Assembly (NCBI GenBank): GCA_024686335.1
Contig: JAILCI010000018.1
Span: 74,652 to 138,651, forward strand
Direction of reading: 5' to 3'
DNA length: 64,000 nucleotides
From: Bacteroidales bacterium
Lineage (GTDB): Bacteria; Bacteroidota; Bacteroidia; Bacteroidales; WCHB1-69
Both the position numbers and the translations under genes were made by a program. This document shows, piece by piece, positions 17,664-27,579 of the stretch. The notes below the pieces were generated by a model. It had not been told where the DNA came from, did no database searches, and was given only the letters and a program-made list of their open reading frames with translations. How positions within the stretch are numbered: the first letter of the stretch is position 1; each line of letters begins with the position of its first letter.

Positions 17664-17673
17664 CCCCCTTTTT

Positions 17674-18516
17674 ATGTCCAGACTTCTCATAGACGCCGGC
17701 GCTACCAAAACTGCTTTTGCTGTAATTGAAGACAAAAGAGTACTGTTCCGTTGTTCCGAGGCGGGCATTAACGTAAACTATACCCCTGAGGAGGATATTC
17801 GTTCCCGCTTCAAGAACTTTATCGCACAATATTCAGATTATCAGAATATTAGGCTGATAGAGTATTATGGAGCTGGATGCGCCACGTCAGAAAACCAGGA
17901 AAAGATGCGCAATATATTGAGAGATTTCTTTCAAAATGCTTCTTTGACAGTTGACACCGATCTCATGGTTGTTTGTCGGGCACTTAGTAGCAATCGAACA
18001 TCTATTATAGGCATTCTCGGCACAGGTGCAGCCACTTGCCTTTTTGACGGACAGAAAATCGCCTTCCGCGCCCCTTCTTTAGGATACATGCTTGGTGACG
18101 AAGGAAGCGGCACCAACCTCGGCAAACGATTGCTCACAAATTATCTTAGCGGACAATTGCCCAAAGAGCTACAGAATGAACTGGAAAAGCAGCACAATCT
18201 CACTTTCCAAAACACGATTCATCGCTTGTACAGTGAGCCTAAGCCCAACCAGTTCATGTCATCGCTATCTCCATTCATCCACGAGCATCTCTCCCACCCT
18301 TTCATCCAACAAATGGTTGTCAAAGCCTTCCAAGACTTCTTTTCAACCCAAAAACAACACTATCCCAAGGCGGAACAACTGTCTTGGCAACTATCGGGAT
18401 CAATTGCACATCATTACGAAAATCAGGTTCGGGAAGCCGCTGCGATAGAACAATGTTCTGTAGAGCAAATCATCTCAGATCCATTAGAAAAAATGATCGC
18501 TAACCTCGTGGGGTAA
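17674..18516 (+). CDS. BadF/BadG/BcrA/BcrD-type ATPase (N-acetylglucosamine kinase-like)
   Basis: 280 aa. The N-terminus LLIDAGATKTAF and the GILGTGA and MLGDEGSG motifs belong to the ASKHA sugar-kinase fold. Confidence 0.7.
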   Translation: MSRLLIDAGATKTAFAVIEDKRVLFRCSEAGINVNYTPEEDIRSRFKNFIAQYSDYQNIRLIEYYGAGCATSENQEKMRNILRDFFQNASLTVDTDLMVVCRALSSNRTSIIGILGTGAATCLFDGQKIAFRAPSLGYMLGDEGSGTNLGKRLLTNYLSGQLPKELQNELEKQHNLTFQNTIHRLYSEPKPNQFMSSLSPFIHEHLSHPFIQQMVVKAFQDFFSTQKQHYPKAEQLSWQLSGSIAHHYENQVREAAAIEQCSVEQIISDPLEKMIANLVG

Positions 18517-18531
18517 GCGATCATTTTTTTA
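18493..18531 (+). terminator. Rho-independent terminator overlapping the end of the kinase-like CDS
   Basis: A 9-bp stem, ATGATCGCT (18493-18501) / AGCGATCAT (18516-18524), followed by a T7 tract. Confidence 0.7.
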
Positions 18532-18552
18532 TTTGAGATAAGAAGCAATATT

Positions 18553-20823
18553 CTAATCAAAATTCAATTCTGGAATCTCTTTCTCTTTACTTTCATTACA
18601 ACCAGAGGCATCACCAGTGTATGCGGCAGGAATTGGGAAACTATAACCCTCTTTCTTTGATTCTACAATAGAGGCATACTTCAGATTCGGATCGGAATAT
18701 ACCTTCTGTAAGAACAAAGCAAAGACTGGCATAGCTGTACGAGCACCCTGACCCAAAGCCGTAGTGCGGAAGTGAGCAGCACGGTCCTCGCATCCGACCC
18801 AAACACCACAGGTCAACATCGGTGTATAGCCCACAAACCAACCATCAGACTGGTTATCTGTGGTACCAGTTTTGCCTGCCAACGGGAATGTAATCTTATA
18901 TTGTCCACGCAAACGACCACCAGTACCATAATCTACCACACCTTGCATTAAACGTACAGTTTTGAATGCAGTGATTTGATCAATGGCTTCGTTAGTCTTA
19001 GGAATATTTGTAAAGATCACATTACCATCTTTATCGCAAATACGAGTAATAAAGATTGGCTCAACATAGACACCTTGGTTAGGGAAACAGTTAATTGCAC
19101 CGACCTGTTCATAAAGAGACAATTCGCATGCACCCAAGCAGATAGCAGGCACTGCAGGGATATCAGAAGTCATACCCATATTACGAACCAATGTAATAAC
19201 AGCGTCAGGACCAAAACGTTTCATAAGATATGCAGAAACCTGGTTCAGGGAATGGGCAAGGGCCTCGCGCAATTGCATCATCTGTCCTTCTTTGTAGCCA
19301 CCTGAGTTATGAGGTGTCCATGTGCCTCCCGGCGTCTCAATTGTAACAGGGACATTGGGCACCATAGTACACGGATCAAACTCGCCACTCTGCATGGCCA
19401 CAGTATAGACATATGGTTTAAAGGTAGATCCGACTTGACGCTTGGAAAGTTTCACGTGGTCAAACTGGAAATACTCATAGTTGATACCACCAACGTAAGC
19501 CTTCACAAAACCAGTCTTGGGCTCCATACACATCATACCGCACTGCAGGAAAGACTTATAGTAACGAATCGAATCAAAAGGAGTCATTACCGTATCAATC
19601 ATTCCTTTATGGGAATAGACCTGCATCTTAACCTTCTTATTGAACTCGGCGCGTATTTGCTCGTCGGTGAGTCCAGCATCTTTGGCCTGCTCATAGCGCT
19701 CAGACAATTTAGCTGCCTTCCAAAGAATTCTATCTGTCTGCTCCTCAGAAAGATTAACAAATGGAGCGTTTTTATTGCTCTTGATATGGTTGAAGAAGAG
19801 CGGTTGCAGATAATCGCACACATGCTCTTGAACTGCAGCTTCAGCATGACGCTGCATACGAGAATTGATAGTAGTATAGACCTTAAGTCCGTCGCAATAA
19901 AGATCATATTGGGAACCGTCTTTCTTAGGATGGTCAATACACCACTGCTTAAGCCACATACGAAGATATTCGCGAAAATAGGTAGCGATACCGGCGTAGT
20001 GTGCTTGGGATTTGAACTTAGAAAGATCAATAGGCAGGGCTTTGACGGAGTCACAATCATGAGCAGATAGATAGCCATACTTTTCCATCTGTCCAAGGAC
20101 GGTGTTGCGGCGGTCAAGAGAAGCCTGATAGTGTCGACGAGGGCTGTAACGCGTGGGAGCCTTAAGCATACCTACCAAAACAGCAGCCTCCTCAGTATTA
20201 ATTTCAGATGGCGACTTGTCAAAATAGGTACGTGAAGCCGACTTCACGCCCACCGCATTATTTCCAAAATCAACAGTATTGTAATACATGGCAAGTATCT
20301 CGTCTTTGGAATACTGTCTTTCCAATTTTGTTGCCACCACCCATTCTTTGAATTTGGTGAAAACCAGTTTAATCTTCCCTGCTTTAGGATCACGCGGAAA
20401 GAGGTTCTTTGCCAACTGCTGTGTTATAGTACTACCACCACCGCGACGATGGAAAGTCACCACTCCAATACCGACACGGAAAAGGGCCTTCATATCAACA
20501 CCCGAGTGTCTATAGAAGCGAGCGTCCTCAGTAGCAATCAAAGCATCTTTCAACGCCGGCGAAAGGTCAGCATACTTACAGTTGGAACGATTTTCCCGAT
20601 AATAGGTACCCAACAATTCTCCATCCTCAGAAATCACCTCGGTGGCAAGATTGGCAGAAGGGTTTTCCAACTCAGCAAAAGAAGGCATATATCCCATCCA
20701 ACCCATTGAGATGAAAAAGAAAATAAGGCATACAAAGCCTACCAAACAAAAATAGACAATCCAGAATTTCTTAATCCAGGATGATTTCTGCTTTGAAGAA
20801 TTATTTCCGTTTGTAGAATTCAT
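18553..20823 (-). CDS. mrcA: Penicillin-binding protein 1A (bifunctional glycosyltransferase / transpeptidase)
   Basis: 756 aa with an N-terminal TM. It has the GT51 motifs EDARFYRHSG and GGSTITQQ, and the transpeptidase motifs STFKP (SxxK) and KTGTT. Confidence 0.9.
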   Translation of the reverse strand: MNSTNGNNSSKQKSSWIKKFWIVYFCLVGFVCLIFFFISMGWMGYMPSFAELENPSANLATEVISEDGELLGTYYRENRSNCKYADLSPALKDALIATEDARFYRHSGVDMKALFRVGIGVVTFHRRGGGSTITQQLAKNLFPRDPKAGKIKLVFTKFKEWVVATKLERQYSKDEILAMYYNTVDFGNNAVGVKSASRTYFDKSPSEINTEEAAVLVGMLKAPTRYSPRRHYQASLDRRNTVLGQMEKYGYLSAHDCDSVKALPIDLSKFKSQAHYAGIATYFREYLRMWLKQWCIDHPKKDGSQYDLYCDGLKVYTTINSRMQRHAEAAVQEHVCDYLQPLFFNHIKSNKNAPFVNLSEEQTDRILWKAAKLSERYEQAKDAGLTDEQIRAEFNKKVKMQVYSHKGMIDTVMTPFDSIRYYKSFLQCGMMCMEPKTGFVKAYVGGINYEYFQFDHVKLSKRQVGSTFKPYVYTVAMQSGEFDPCTMVPNVPVTIETPGGTWTPHNSGGYKEGQMMQLREALAHSLNQVSAYLMKRFGPDAVITLVRNMGMTSDIPAVPAICLGACELSLYEQVGAINCFPNQGVYVEPIFITRICDKDGNVIFTNIPKTNEAIDQITAFKTVRLMQGVVDYGTGGRLRGQYKITFPLAGKTGTTDNQSDGWFVGYTPMLTCGVWVGCEDRAAHFRTTALGQGARTAMPVFALFLQKVYSDPNLKYASIVESKKEGYSFPIPAAYTGDASGCNESKEKEIPELNFD

Positions 20824-20912
20824 ACTATCTGTTTTTTTAATAAAGATGTCGTGAAAGGCATCTCTTTAGTGAATGAATACAATTATATAGTTGTGTCGAT
20901 AAGATCATTTTA

Positions 20913-23105
20913 TTAGTTAACCGAAGTTATAGCATAAGAGGAACCCACAGTAAATGTTTTGGAACTTCCGCCTGAATAGGTTGCCCCAGTATAATAGTTA
21001 TGGAAATTAGTGCCACCGCTAATGGTGCCGCCATATTTAAGAGTGTAGCTTCCTGATGTAAACTCCGGGCTGCTGAAGGTCATAATAACTGATGATGAAC
21101 CGCCGCCCCATGGTGAACTGCCACCTCCTGAAATTGACGGAACATGGAAAGTCAACAATACCGTATTATCACTATTCCGAATAATCTGAACAGCATTATT
21201 ACCGGCATGAGTATATTTCATTGAATGCTGGGAGCAAGCACTGGTAGTAGGATTTGAATACATACCGCTGGGGGCCGTACCAATAATAGTACCTCCCGTA
21301 ATGCTGAAAGTATTATTATCACAGTCAAATGCCTCCTCAGGACTGCTAGTAGCAGATGCAATAATAAGACCTCCGGTAATATACATCGGACCATTACTGT
21401 CAATAGCATCATTATGAGATGAAGCAGCATAAATTGTACCGCCATTGATATTTAAACGGTTAGCCGCATTTAAAGCATCATCATAAGCTGAAGTTATAGT
21501 CAGATTTCCACCGTTAATTGTCATTATAGTCTTGCTCTCGATGCACTCTCCTCCTTCATTGTTTTGCGTACAAGTAACTGTAATAATACCACTATTGATA
21601 GTCACAGCCGCATCGCTTCGAACACCCTTAGGATTGCAGTAATCTGAAGAGCCTCCACCGCCCGGCCAACCTCCACCTCCACCGCTGGAAACGGTAAAAC
21701 GCTCACCAGAAGTAGAAACATTCAGGATAAGATTTGAATCGGCTTCATTCAGAGAACCTATAATGATATCACCTTCAGATCGTATACCCTTACCACCACT
21801 GCCCGTGCTGCTACAAGTAATATTGCCACCTGTGATCGTTGTTGTCCCGTCACTCTTGATACAACTGCTGGAATATGAATCCATTGTAGAACCAGATACA
21901 GTATATGCAGCACCTGCACCAGCTGTCGTAATCTGTAAAGTACCTCCGCTAATATTGACATTTCCATCGGAAGATATACCTTTACCGCCATGATTGCTAC
22001 TCGGCAGTGTCAGTGTTATATCGCCACCCGTGATGATTATGTCCTGATCGGCCACAATGGCGGAGCAATATGCTGGATCATTACCTTCTGTAGTACTCTC
22101 CAGCACTGTACTGCCCGATGCGGTAATATTTAAAGTGCCTCCACTAATGACCACACTTTGAGCACTTTTCAAACCTTTCGTCTGATTGCCGCTGCAAACG
22201 ATTGTCACATTTCCTCCGTTAATTGTCAACGTACTATCACATTTAATACCCTTTGTATCTGCTACAGCAGCCATCACTTGAATTGTTCCGCCTTCTACAA
22301 GCACAAATCCCTCGTCACCATCAATACCATCCCCACTGGCCGAGATAGTCAGCGAACCGCCTTCCATGACAAAATAGTCGCAATGTAAACCATCATTGAC
22401 AGCAGAAGCTACCGTTATATTACCTTCATTGATTTTGATATGGTCATCACTATGAATGCCGTTCTTAGCCAACCCGTTGACAGTCAGATAACCGGTACCG
22501 CCAAAAATCAGCTGACCTTTGCTTTGGAAGGCAGCCTTATAGGTACTGGAAGCATTGTCCGTCAGCGTGTTGGTGCCAGAGAGATAGACGTGTACCTTTT
22601 GGTCAACGACAGAATAGATAGCTGGACCAGCAGGATTTGTGATAGAGACACCCTCCAGACAAAGATTATAACGCCTGTCACTAGTGATATAAAGATAACC
22701 TGAAGTAGAAGAACCTGAGACATGGTAATTAATATCCATGATTCCAGCAGCAGCCTGGACGGTGACATTAGCGTTGTCGGTTGTCACCGCAACACCAGAA
22801 CTTTCTAATGGATTGATGACTGTCACCGAAGTTCCATTGTAGGTAATATAGATGTCTCCACCGGAAAGTGATGTGTCTTCATTATAGACAAAAGTAACAC
22901 TGTCTATATCTGCGAACGAGAATGTCTGCGAACCATTGTCCGTGGCAAAAAGAGCACTACCTTGTGAGAAAGTAATACTATCGATATCCGAAACAGGCGC
23001 TTCATAGGTTACCTGACCATTGTGATGTATATTAAGGACCTCTTGAGCAAAAGATGGAACCAACACAGCAACCAGCAAGATGGATAAAATCAAAATCTTT
23101 TTCAT
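20913..23105 (-). CDS. Secreted parallel beta-helix protein, Cthe_2159-like carbohydrate-binding family (PF14262-like), no T9SS CTD
   Basis: 730 aa with a signal peptide. There are many ~25-aa repeats of the type GG.(I/L)TI.....DGI.S. It has two Gly-rich segments, GGGGGWPGGGGSS and GGGSSPWGGGSSS. Its start overlaps the upstream stop (ATGA). Confidence 0.6.
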   Translation of the reverse strand: MKKILILSILLVAVLVPSFAQEVLNIHHNGQVTYEAPVSDIDSITFSQGSALFATDNGSQTFSFADIDSVTFVYNEDTSLSGGDIYITYNGTSVTVINPLESSGVAVTTDNANVTVQAAAGIMDINYHVSGSSTSGYLYITSDRRYNLCLEGVSITNPAGPAIYSVVDQKVHVYLSGTNTLTDNASSTYKAAFQSKGQLIFGGTGYLTVNGLAKNGIHSDDHIKINEGNITVASAVNDGLHCDYFVMEGGSLTISASGDGIDGDEGFVLVEGGTIQVMAAVADTKGIKCDSTLTINGGNVTIVCSGNQTKGLKSAQSVVISGGTLNITASGSTVLESTTEGNDPAYCSAIVADQDIIITGGDITLTLPSSNHGGKGISSDGNVNISGGTLQITTAGAGAAYTVSGSTMDSYSSSCIKSDGTTTITGGNITCSSTGSGGKGIRSEGDIIIGSLNEADSNLILNVSTSGERFTVSSGGGGGWPGGGGSSDYCNPKGVRSDAAVTINSGIITVTCTQNNEGGECIESKTIMTINGGNLTITSAYDDALNAANRLNINGGTIYAASSHNDAIDSNGPMYITGGLIIASATSSPEEAFDCDNNTFSITGGTIIGTAPSGMYSNPTTSACSQHSMKYTHAGNNAVQIIRNSDNTVLLTFHVPSISGGGSSPWGGGSSSVIMTFSSPEFTSGSYTLKYGGTISGGTNFHNYYTGATYSGGSSKTFTVGSSYAITSVN

Positions 23106-23575
23106 ATCTTGCTGATTTTAAAAGTTAAACCATCTATTTTAAGTAGATAAAGCCCTTTGGCATAGCGACTCATATCTATTGACTCGTCATTTAGGCACTT
23201 ACCACTTTGAAGTAACCGGCCTTCACAAGAAAAGAGCTGAAATGTATAGACATCAGCACGATTATTATGAATGCGAAGGAAATCGGAGACTGGATTCGGA
23301 TAAATATGTAGATCTGCCGTCTCAATATCTTCAATACCTTCCTCCTGTGCAAATGTCATCTTGCTGATAGCGGAAAGAAGGAAAGAGTATGGAACACCTG
23401 AGCCGTTATCAATATAGAGATAACCATCACTAAAGTAAAGTTTCCCCGACTCACTAACAGTCAGGGTCTGGTCGGCCGCTGTGCTAAAGCTGATAGTAAC
23501 CAAAGTCTGAGCATTAAGAGAGCCCCAAAGCCCCCCGATGCCCAACAAAATTAACGAGATTAATATTCTTTTCAT
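23102..23575 (-). CDS. Small T9SS C-terminal-sorting-domain protein
   Basis: 157 aa: a signal peptide, a ~60-aa N-terminal module, then IYPNPVSDFLRI...GLYLLKIDG, a typical T9SS CTD. Confidence 0.7.
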   Translation of the reverse strand: MKRILISLILLGIGGLWGSLNAQTLVTISFSTAADQTLTVSESGKLYFSDGYLYIDNGSGVPYSFLLSAISKMTFAQEEGIEDIETADLHIYPNPVSDFLRIHNNRADVYTFQLFSCEGRLLQSGKCLNDESIDMSRYAKGLYLLKIDGLTFKISKI

Positions 23576-23609
23576 ACAGCCTATACTTAGGTTAATTTCA
23601 GATAAACTG

Positions 23610-23617
23610 CAAAGATA
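23610..23617 (-). promoter_or_regulatory. Bacteroidota-type -7 promoter box for the CTD-protein / beta-helix operon
   Basis: The minus strand reads TATCTTTGC, about 34 nt upstream of the ATG at 23575. Confidence 0.5.
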
Positions 23618-23718
23618 CTAAATTTTATTATGATAGAAACGAAAAAAATATTGTCTAAAATCCCTATTATTTCTCAGTCAAACAGTTAAGTAATATTGAC
23701 AATTTATAGCATTTTTCT

Positions 23719-23726
23719 TATTTTTG
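23719..23726 (+). promoter_or_regulatory. Bacteroidota-type -7 promoter box for the xseB-to-Wzy-like operon
   Basis: TATTTTTGCGC, about 74 nt upstream of the ATG at 23801. Confidence 0.5.
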
Positions 23727-23800
23727 CGCTGTGATAATTTTATGGGAAGGTCACTCCCGATTGTGGTCCCAACATCTACACAAACAAAAGGCAAAAGACT

Positions 23801-23998
23801 ATGGCAAAGGAATTAACATATACAGAGGCATACGAACAGTTGCAAGAGATTGTCAGCAAGATGGAAAATGCGGACATCTCCGTTGATGAGCTCTCAGATA
23901 ACATCAAAAAGGCCACTCAACTTATCAAGATTTGCAAAGACAAACTGACAAAGACAGAGGCTGAAGTTAATAAGACCATCGCTGAACTAGAAGCCTAA
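23801..23998 (+). CDS. xseB: Exodeoxyribonuclease VII small subunit
   Basis: 65 aa and helical. LTYTEAYEQLQEIVSKMENADISVDEL matches the XseB consensus. Confidence 0.8.
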   Translation: MAKELTYTEAYEQLQEIVSKMENADISVDELSDNIKKATQLIKICKDKLTKTEAEVNKTIAELEA

Positions 23999-24648
23999 TG
24001 TCCACCTTTGAACTTATAGAACAAGACATTGAAGCGTATTGTGAAGAGCACAGCACGCCTGAAAGTGATTTGCTTTACAAGCTGAATCGTCAGACACATC
24101 TAGAGACCCTAAATCCTAGAATGCTGTCGGGGCAGTTACAGGGCTTATTTTTGCGATTCATAGCAACCATGATGCGGCCACGCTTCATTCTGGAGGTCGG
24201 CACATTTACCGGATACTCATCCATCTGTCTTAGCGAGGGCCTTATGCCAGACGGGGAGCTCCACACCCTTGAGATGAATGTGGAGTATGAGGACCGGATC
24301 CGAGAATATTTCGCCAAGGCAGACAGACGGGACCAACTACATCTGCACATTGGAGATGCTCACGAGCTCATCAAGAGTCTCGACTACTGCTGGGATCTCG
24401 TCTTTATTGACGCCGACAAAGAAGACTACACCGACTATTACGAGGCTGTGCTACCCAAAGTCAGAAAAGGCGGTTTCATATTGGCCGACAATACTTTATG
24501 GAACGGAAAGGTCACTCACGAAGTGGCTCATAATGACAAGGACACGCAGGCAATTAACGATTTCAACCGACATGTGCAAGAGGATCCACGAGTCCGCAAC
24601 TTGCTGCTCCCCTTCCGTGACGGCATTATGATGATTGAAAAACTATAA
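23998..24648 (+). CDS. Class I SAM-dependent O-methyltransferase (family 3, caffeoyl-CoA OMT / YrrM-like)
   Basis: 216 aa. It has the SAM-binding motif [11 protein letters not shown] and the FIDADKEDY metal/acidic motif typical of Methyltransf_3. Its start overlaps the xseB stop (TAATG). Confidence 0.75.
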   Translation: MSTFELIEQDIEAYCEEHSTPESDLLYKLNRQTHLETLNPRMLSGQLQGLFLRFIATMMRPRFILEVGTFTGYSSICLSEGLMPDGELHTLEMNVEYEDRIREYFAKADRRDQLHLHIGDAHELIKSLDYCWDLVFIDADKEDYTDYYEAVLPKVRKGGFILADNTLWNGKVTHEVAHNDKDTQAINDFNRHVQEDPRVRNLLLPFRDGIMMIEKL

Positions 24649-24650
24649 TT

Positions 24651-25331
24651 ATGCGTATTGATATACTCACACTATTTCCTGAAATGTTTGAAGGCGTCTT
24701 GGGATGTTCAATTCTCAAGAGGGCTATCGACAAACAGTATCTGGAAGTACACACCCACAACATCCGCGACTACACCTACGACAAGCATCATAGGGCGGAC
24801 GATTATCCCTTCGGCGGAGGCGCCGGAATGGTGATGATGGTGGAACCTATCGCCCGCTGCATTGAACAATTACAGTCGGAGCGCCAATACGACGCCATCT
24901 ATTTGATGGCTCCCGATGGACAGCAGTTCAACCAGCACAAGGCCAACTCTATGTCAATGCTACAGAATATCATTCTGTTATGTGGTCACTACAAAGGTGT
25001 TGACGAGCGAGTTAGGGAGTTATATATCACTGAAGACCTCAGCATTGGAGACTATGTCTTATCGGGTGGAGAACTAGCAGCGATGGTCATCACTGACGCT
25101 CTCGCACGTGTTATTCCAGGGGTAATCAGCGACGGCACCTCCGCCCTGACCGACTCATTCCAGGATGACCTCCTCTCCGCTCCGGTATACACGCGTCCTG
25201 CCGACTTCCGTGGGCATCGAGTTCCAGACGTGCTGCTTTCTGGCAACGACAAACTCATCGCCGACTGGAAGATGGAGCAACGACTTAAAAGAACACAAGA
25301 ACGAAGACCTGACCTTCTGAATAACGAATAA
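24651..25331 (+). CDS. trmD: tRNA (guanine37-N1)-methyltransferase
   Basis: 226 aa. [26 protein letters not shown] and [14 protein letters not shown] are canonical TrmD motifs. Confidence 0.9.
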   Translation: MRIDILTLFPEMFEGVLGCSILKRAIDKQYLEVHTHNIRDYTYDKHHRADDYPFGGGAGMVMMVEPIARCIEQLQSERQYDAIYLMAPDGQQFNQHKANSMSMLQNIILLCGHYKGVDERVRELYITEDLSIGDYVLSGGELAAMVITDALARVIPGVISDGTSALTDSFQDDLLSAPVYTRPADFRGHRVPDVLLSGNDKLIADWKMEQRLKRTQERRPDLLNNE

Positions 25332-26254
25332 TGACGTCCGGCAAGAGCACATATCCACTCTGGCAGCGAATTTATGACGACCTGCGTTTTGCTAGCAGAA
25401 GCTATCGCAAACGGTTGGCCCTGTCAAATCGCGAGGAAGCTGTCAAATTGCACTACCGTCATATTTGTAAACAACAACTGTCTTTAGAGCACCCTTCGAC
25501 ACTTCCCGAATGGACACAATGGCTTAAACTTCACGGTGACACATCACGGTGGAGTGAACTATCTGACAAATACGCGGTGCGTGACTATGTCACAGGTTGT
25601 GGATTATCGGAGCATCTCAACGAACTCTATGCTGTCTATGATGATTCTACTGAAATCCAATGGGAAGCACTCCCTATCAGCTTTATCCTGAAACCTAACA
25701 ATGGATGCCACAACAACATAGTTGTTAACGACAAACAAAGAGTCAACCAACAGGAGATAATCACAACCCTTAGAAAAGATCTTGAAACACCTTTTGGACT
25801 GACAACGGCAGAATTTCATTACCTCGACATTAAGCCCAAAATAACTGCTGAAAAGTTATTGCAACAGCCTGAGAATCCGCATGGTCTTATCGACTACAAA
25901 CTCTATTGCATCGGAGGCAAAGTGCGCGCCATCTTAACCTGCGAGCCCACAAAGGAATCAAAGCCTATCAAAACGTTACTAAGTCCTGATTGGGAAGTAC
26001 GCGACGACTACAACCCTCGCAAAGTTCAAGTCGAGAAGGTATTGCCGTGCCCAACCAAACTATCAGAACTCATTAAAGCAGCTGAGACACTTGCAAAACC
26101 TTTCCCGCTGGTCCGCGTCGACTACTACATCATAAACGAACAACCCATTTTCGGTGAGATGACATTCACACCTGCTGGCGGATATCGTCCATACGGAAGT
26201 GATTATTTCAAAAAGGAAATGGGAGAATTATTGACACAATCCATTCAATCATGA
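25331..26254 (+). CDS. TupA-like ATP-grasp protein (polysaccharide / teichuronopeptide-type biosynthesis)
   Basis: 307 aa. DYKLYCIGGKV and VRVDYYIINEQPIFGEMTFTPAGG match the PF14305-type pattern as I recall it. Its start shares one nucleotide with the trmD stop. Confidence 0.6.
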   Translation: MTSGKSTYPLWQRIYDDLRFASRSYRKRLALSNREEAVKLHYRHICKQQLSLEHPSTLPEWTQWLKLHGDTSRWSELSDKYAVRDYVTGCGLSEHLNELYAVYDDSTEIQWEALPISFILKPNNGCHNNIVVNDKQRVNQQEIITTLRKDLETPFGLTTAEFHYLDIKPKITAEKLLQQPENPHGLIDYKLYCIGGKVRAILTCEPTKESKPIKTLLSPDWEVRDDYNPRKVQVEKVLPCPTKLSELIKAAETLAKPFPLVRVDYYIINEQPIFGEMTFTPAGGYRPYGSDYFKKEMGELLTQSIQS

Positions 26255-27579
26255 GCCCATTGAACATTATATTTTCTCAAAATCGCCACTTCAACATCTT
26301 CTACACATTGATGATGTTGGCCATTGTGACACTTCCTTTCACTAAGGTCCTCGCCATCCCGATAGCTGTATTGATGCTCATCAACTGGATATGGGAATGG
26401 AATTGGAAAGAGAAATGGATGAACGTAAAAGATCACAAAGCCATGGTGGTTTTCATACTCTCCGTAGCAGTTTTCTTCATTTCTCTGTATGGTTGGCTCA
26501 TCTCATCTAACAAAATGCACGCATTGGGTTCTATAGAGACTTACATATGGTTTCTCGCTGCTCCACTCTTTCTGCTCACATACGCTTCTACACTTTTTAC
26601 CCACGAGCGCGTACGCATACTGCTCGTCCTATTCTCAATCTCCACTATATTCACTGCGCTAATAGTATTTGGCGAAGCTACTATTTGTAGTCTGCAAACA
26701 AATGATAACAGTTTCTCATTTTACAGTCATATCTCAAACCACTATCACCCTTCTTATCTATCACTATATATGTCTCTAACAATTTTCCTACTCTTATATG
26801 ACTGGAAAATCCGAAACAAACAATTACATATTGGTATCAAAGTAATTTATGGTATCATAATCTCTTTGTTATATGTGGCCATCATCAGCACAAGTTCCAA
26901 GGCTGGACTTTTACTGTTGTTAACTTTATGTTTAGGCTGGGTATTCTTTCTCGCAAACAATTGGAAAAAAAGAACACTTGGTCTCTTGGCCTTTATCTCT
27001 ATTAATATCATATTTGGGGCGATACTGTACGAACTTAAAATGACTCCTTTCAAGCGAATCAGTGCTGCAGTTGAAGATGTAAAGAATTACAACAAAAATG
27101 AATATGAAGACAATAGCAGTAGTATTCGCATTACAGTATGGCGTTCTGCTTGGGAAGTGTCAAAAGAAAATCATCTACTAGGTACTGGGACAGGTGACCT
27201 AGATGATGATTTGAAACAGAATGCTGAAAAAAACGGTTACAAAAATCTGATTGGACATCACTTCAACGCACACAATCAGTGGCTACAAGCGCTAACCACA
27301 ACCGGAATATTAGGAGCACTCATTGTCTTGGCTTATACCCTATTTCCTATAATCTATGGAATAAGGAAACGTGATATCCTATACATCACTTTCTCTCTGC
27401 TCATCATTGGAAACATGATGGTAGAAAGCATGTTTGAACGTAAAATGGGAGCTGTCTTTATCGCCATCATGTTCGTACTCCTCTTCCTGAGGATTCCAAA
27501 ACAAGAGATTCAATTCAATTTAGGATCTTCCGAGGATGAGACTACTCCAATTCCTCAGAACCCCTCTTTCGAGGAATAG
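26251..27579 (+). CDS. O-antigen ligase / polymerase-like (Wzy_C) membrane protein
   Basis: 442 aa with about 10 TM segments. A periplasmic loop carries AHNQWLQALTTTGILG, which resembles the Wzy_C/WaaL signature. It overlaps the upstream gene by ATGA. Confidence 0.6.
   Translation: MSPLNIIFSQNRHFNIFYTLMMLAIVTLPFTKVLAIPIAVLMLINWIWEWNWKEKWMNVKDHKAMVVFILSVAVFFISLYGWLISSNKMHALGSIETYIWFLAAPLFLLTYASTLFTHERVRILLVLFSISTIFTALIVFGEATICSLQTNDNSFSFYSHISNHYHPSYLSLYMSLTIFLLLYDWKIRNKQLHIGIKVIYGIIISLLYVAIISTSSKAGLLLLLTLCLGWVFFLANNWKKRTLGLLAFISINIIFGAILYELKMTPFKRISAAVEDVKNYNKNEYEDNSSSIRITVWRSAWEVSKENHLLGTGTGDLDDDLKQNAEKNGYKNLIGHHFNAHNQWLQALTTTGILGALIVLAYTLFPIIYGIRKRDILYITFSLLIIGNMMVESMFERKMGAVFIAIMFVLLFLRIPKQEIQFNLGSSEDETTPIPQNPSFEE

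Noticed and set aside
21655-21690. Gly-tract coding DNA (GGGGGWPGGGGSS) in the beta-helix gene as a possible slipped-strand phase-variation site
   Set aside because: The DNA is not a perfect homopolymer or short tandem repeat (mixed ccacc/gcc codons). The same applies to the second Gly tract near 21090-21130.
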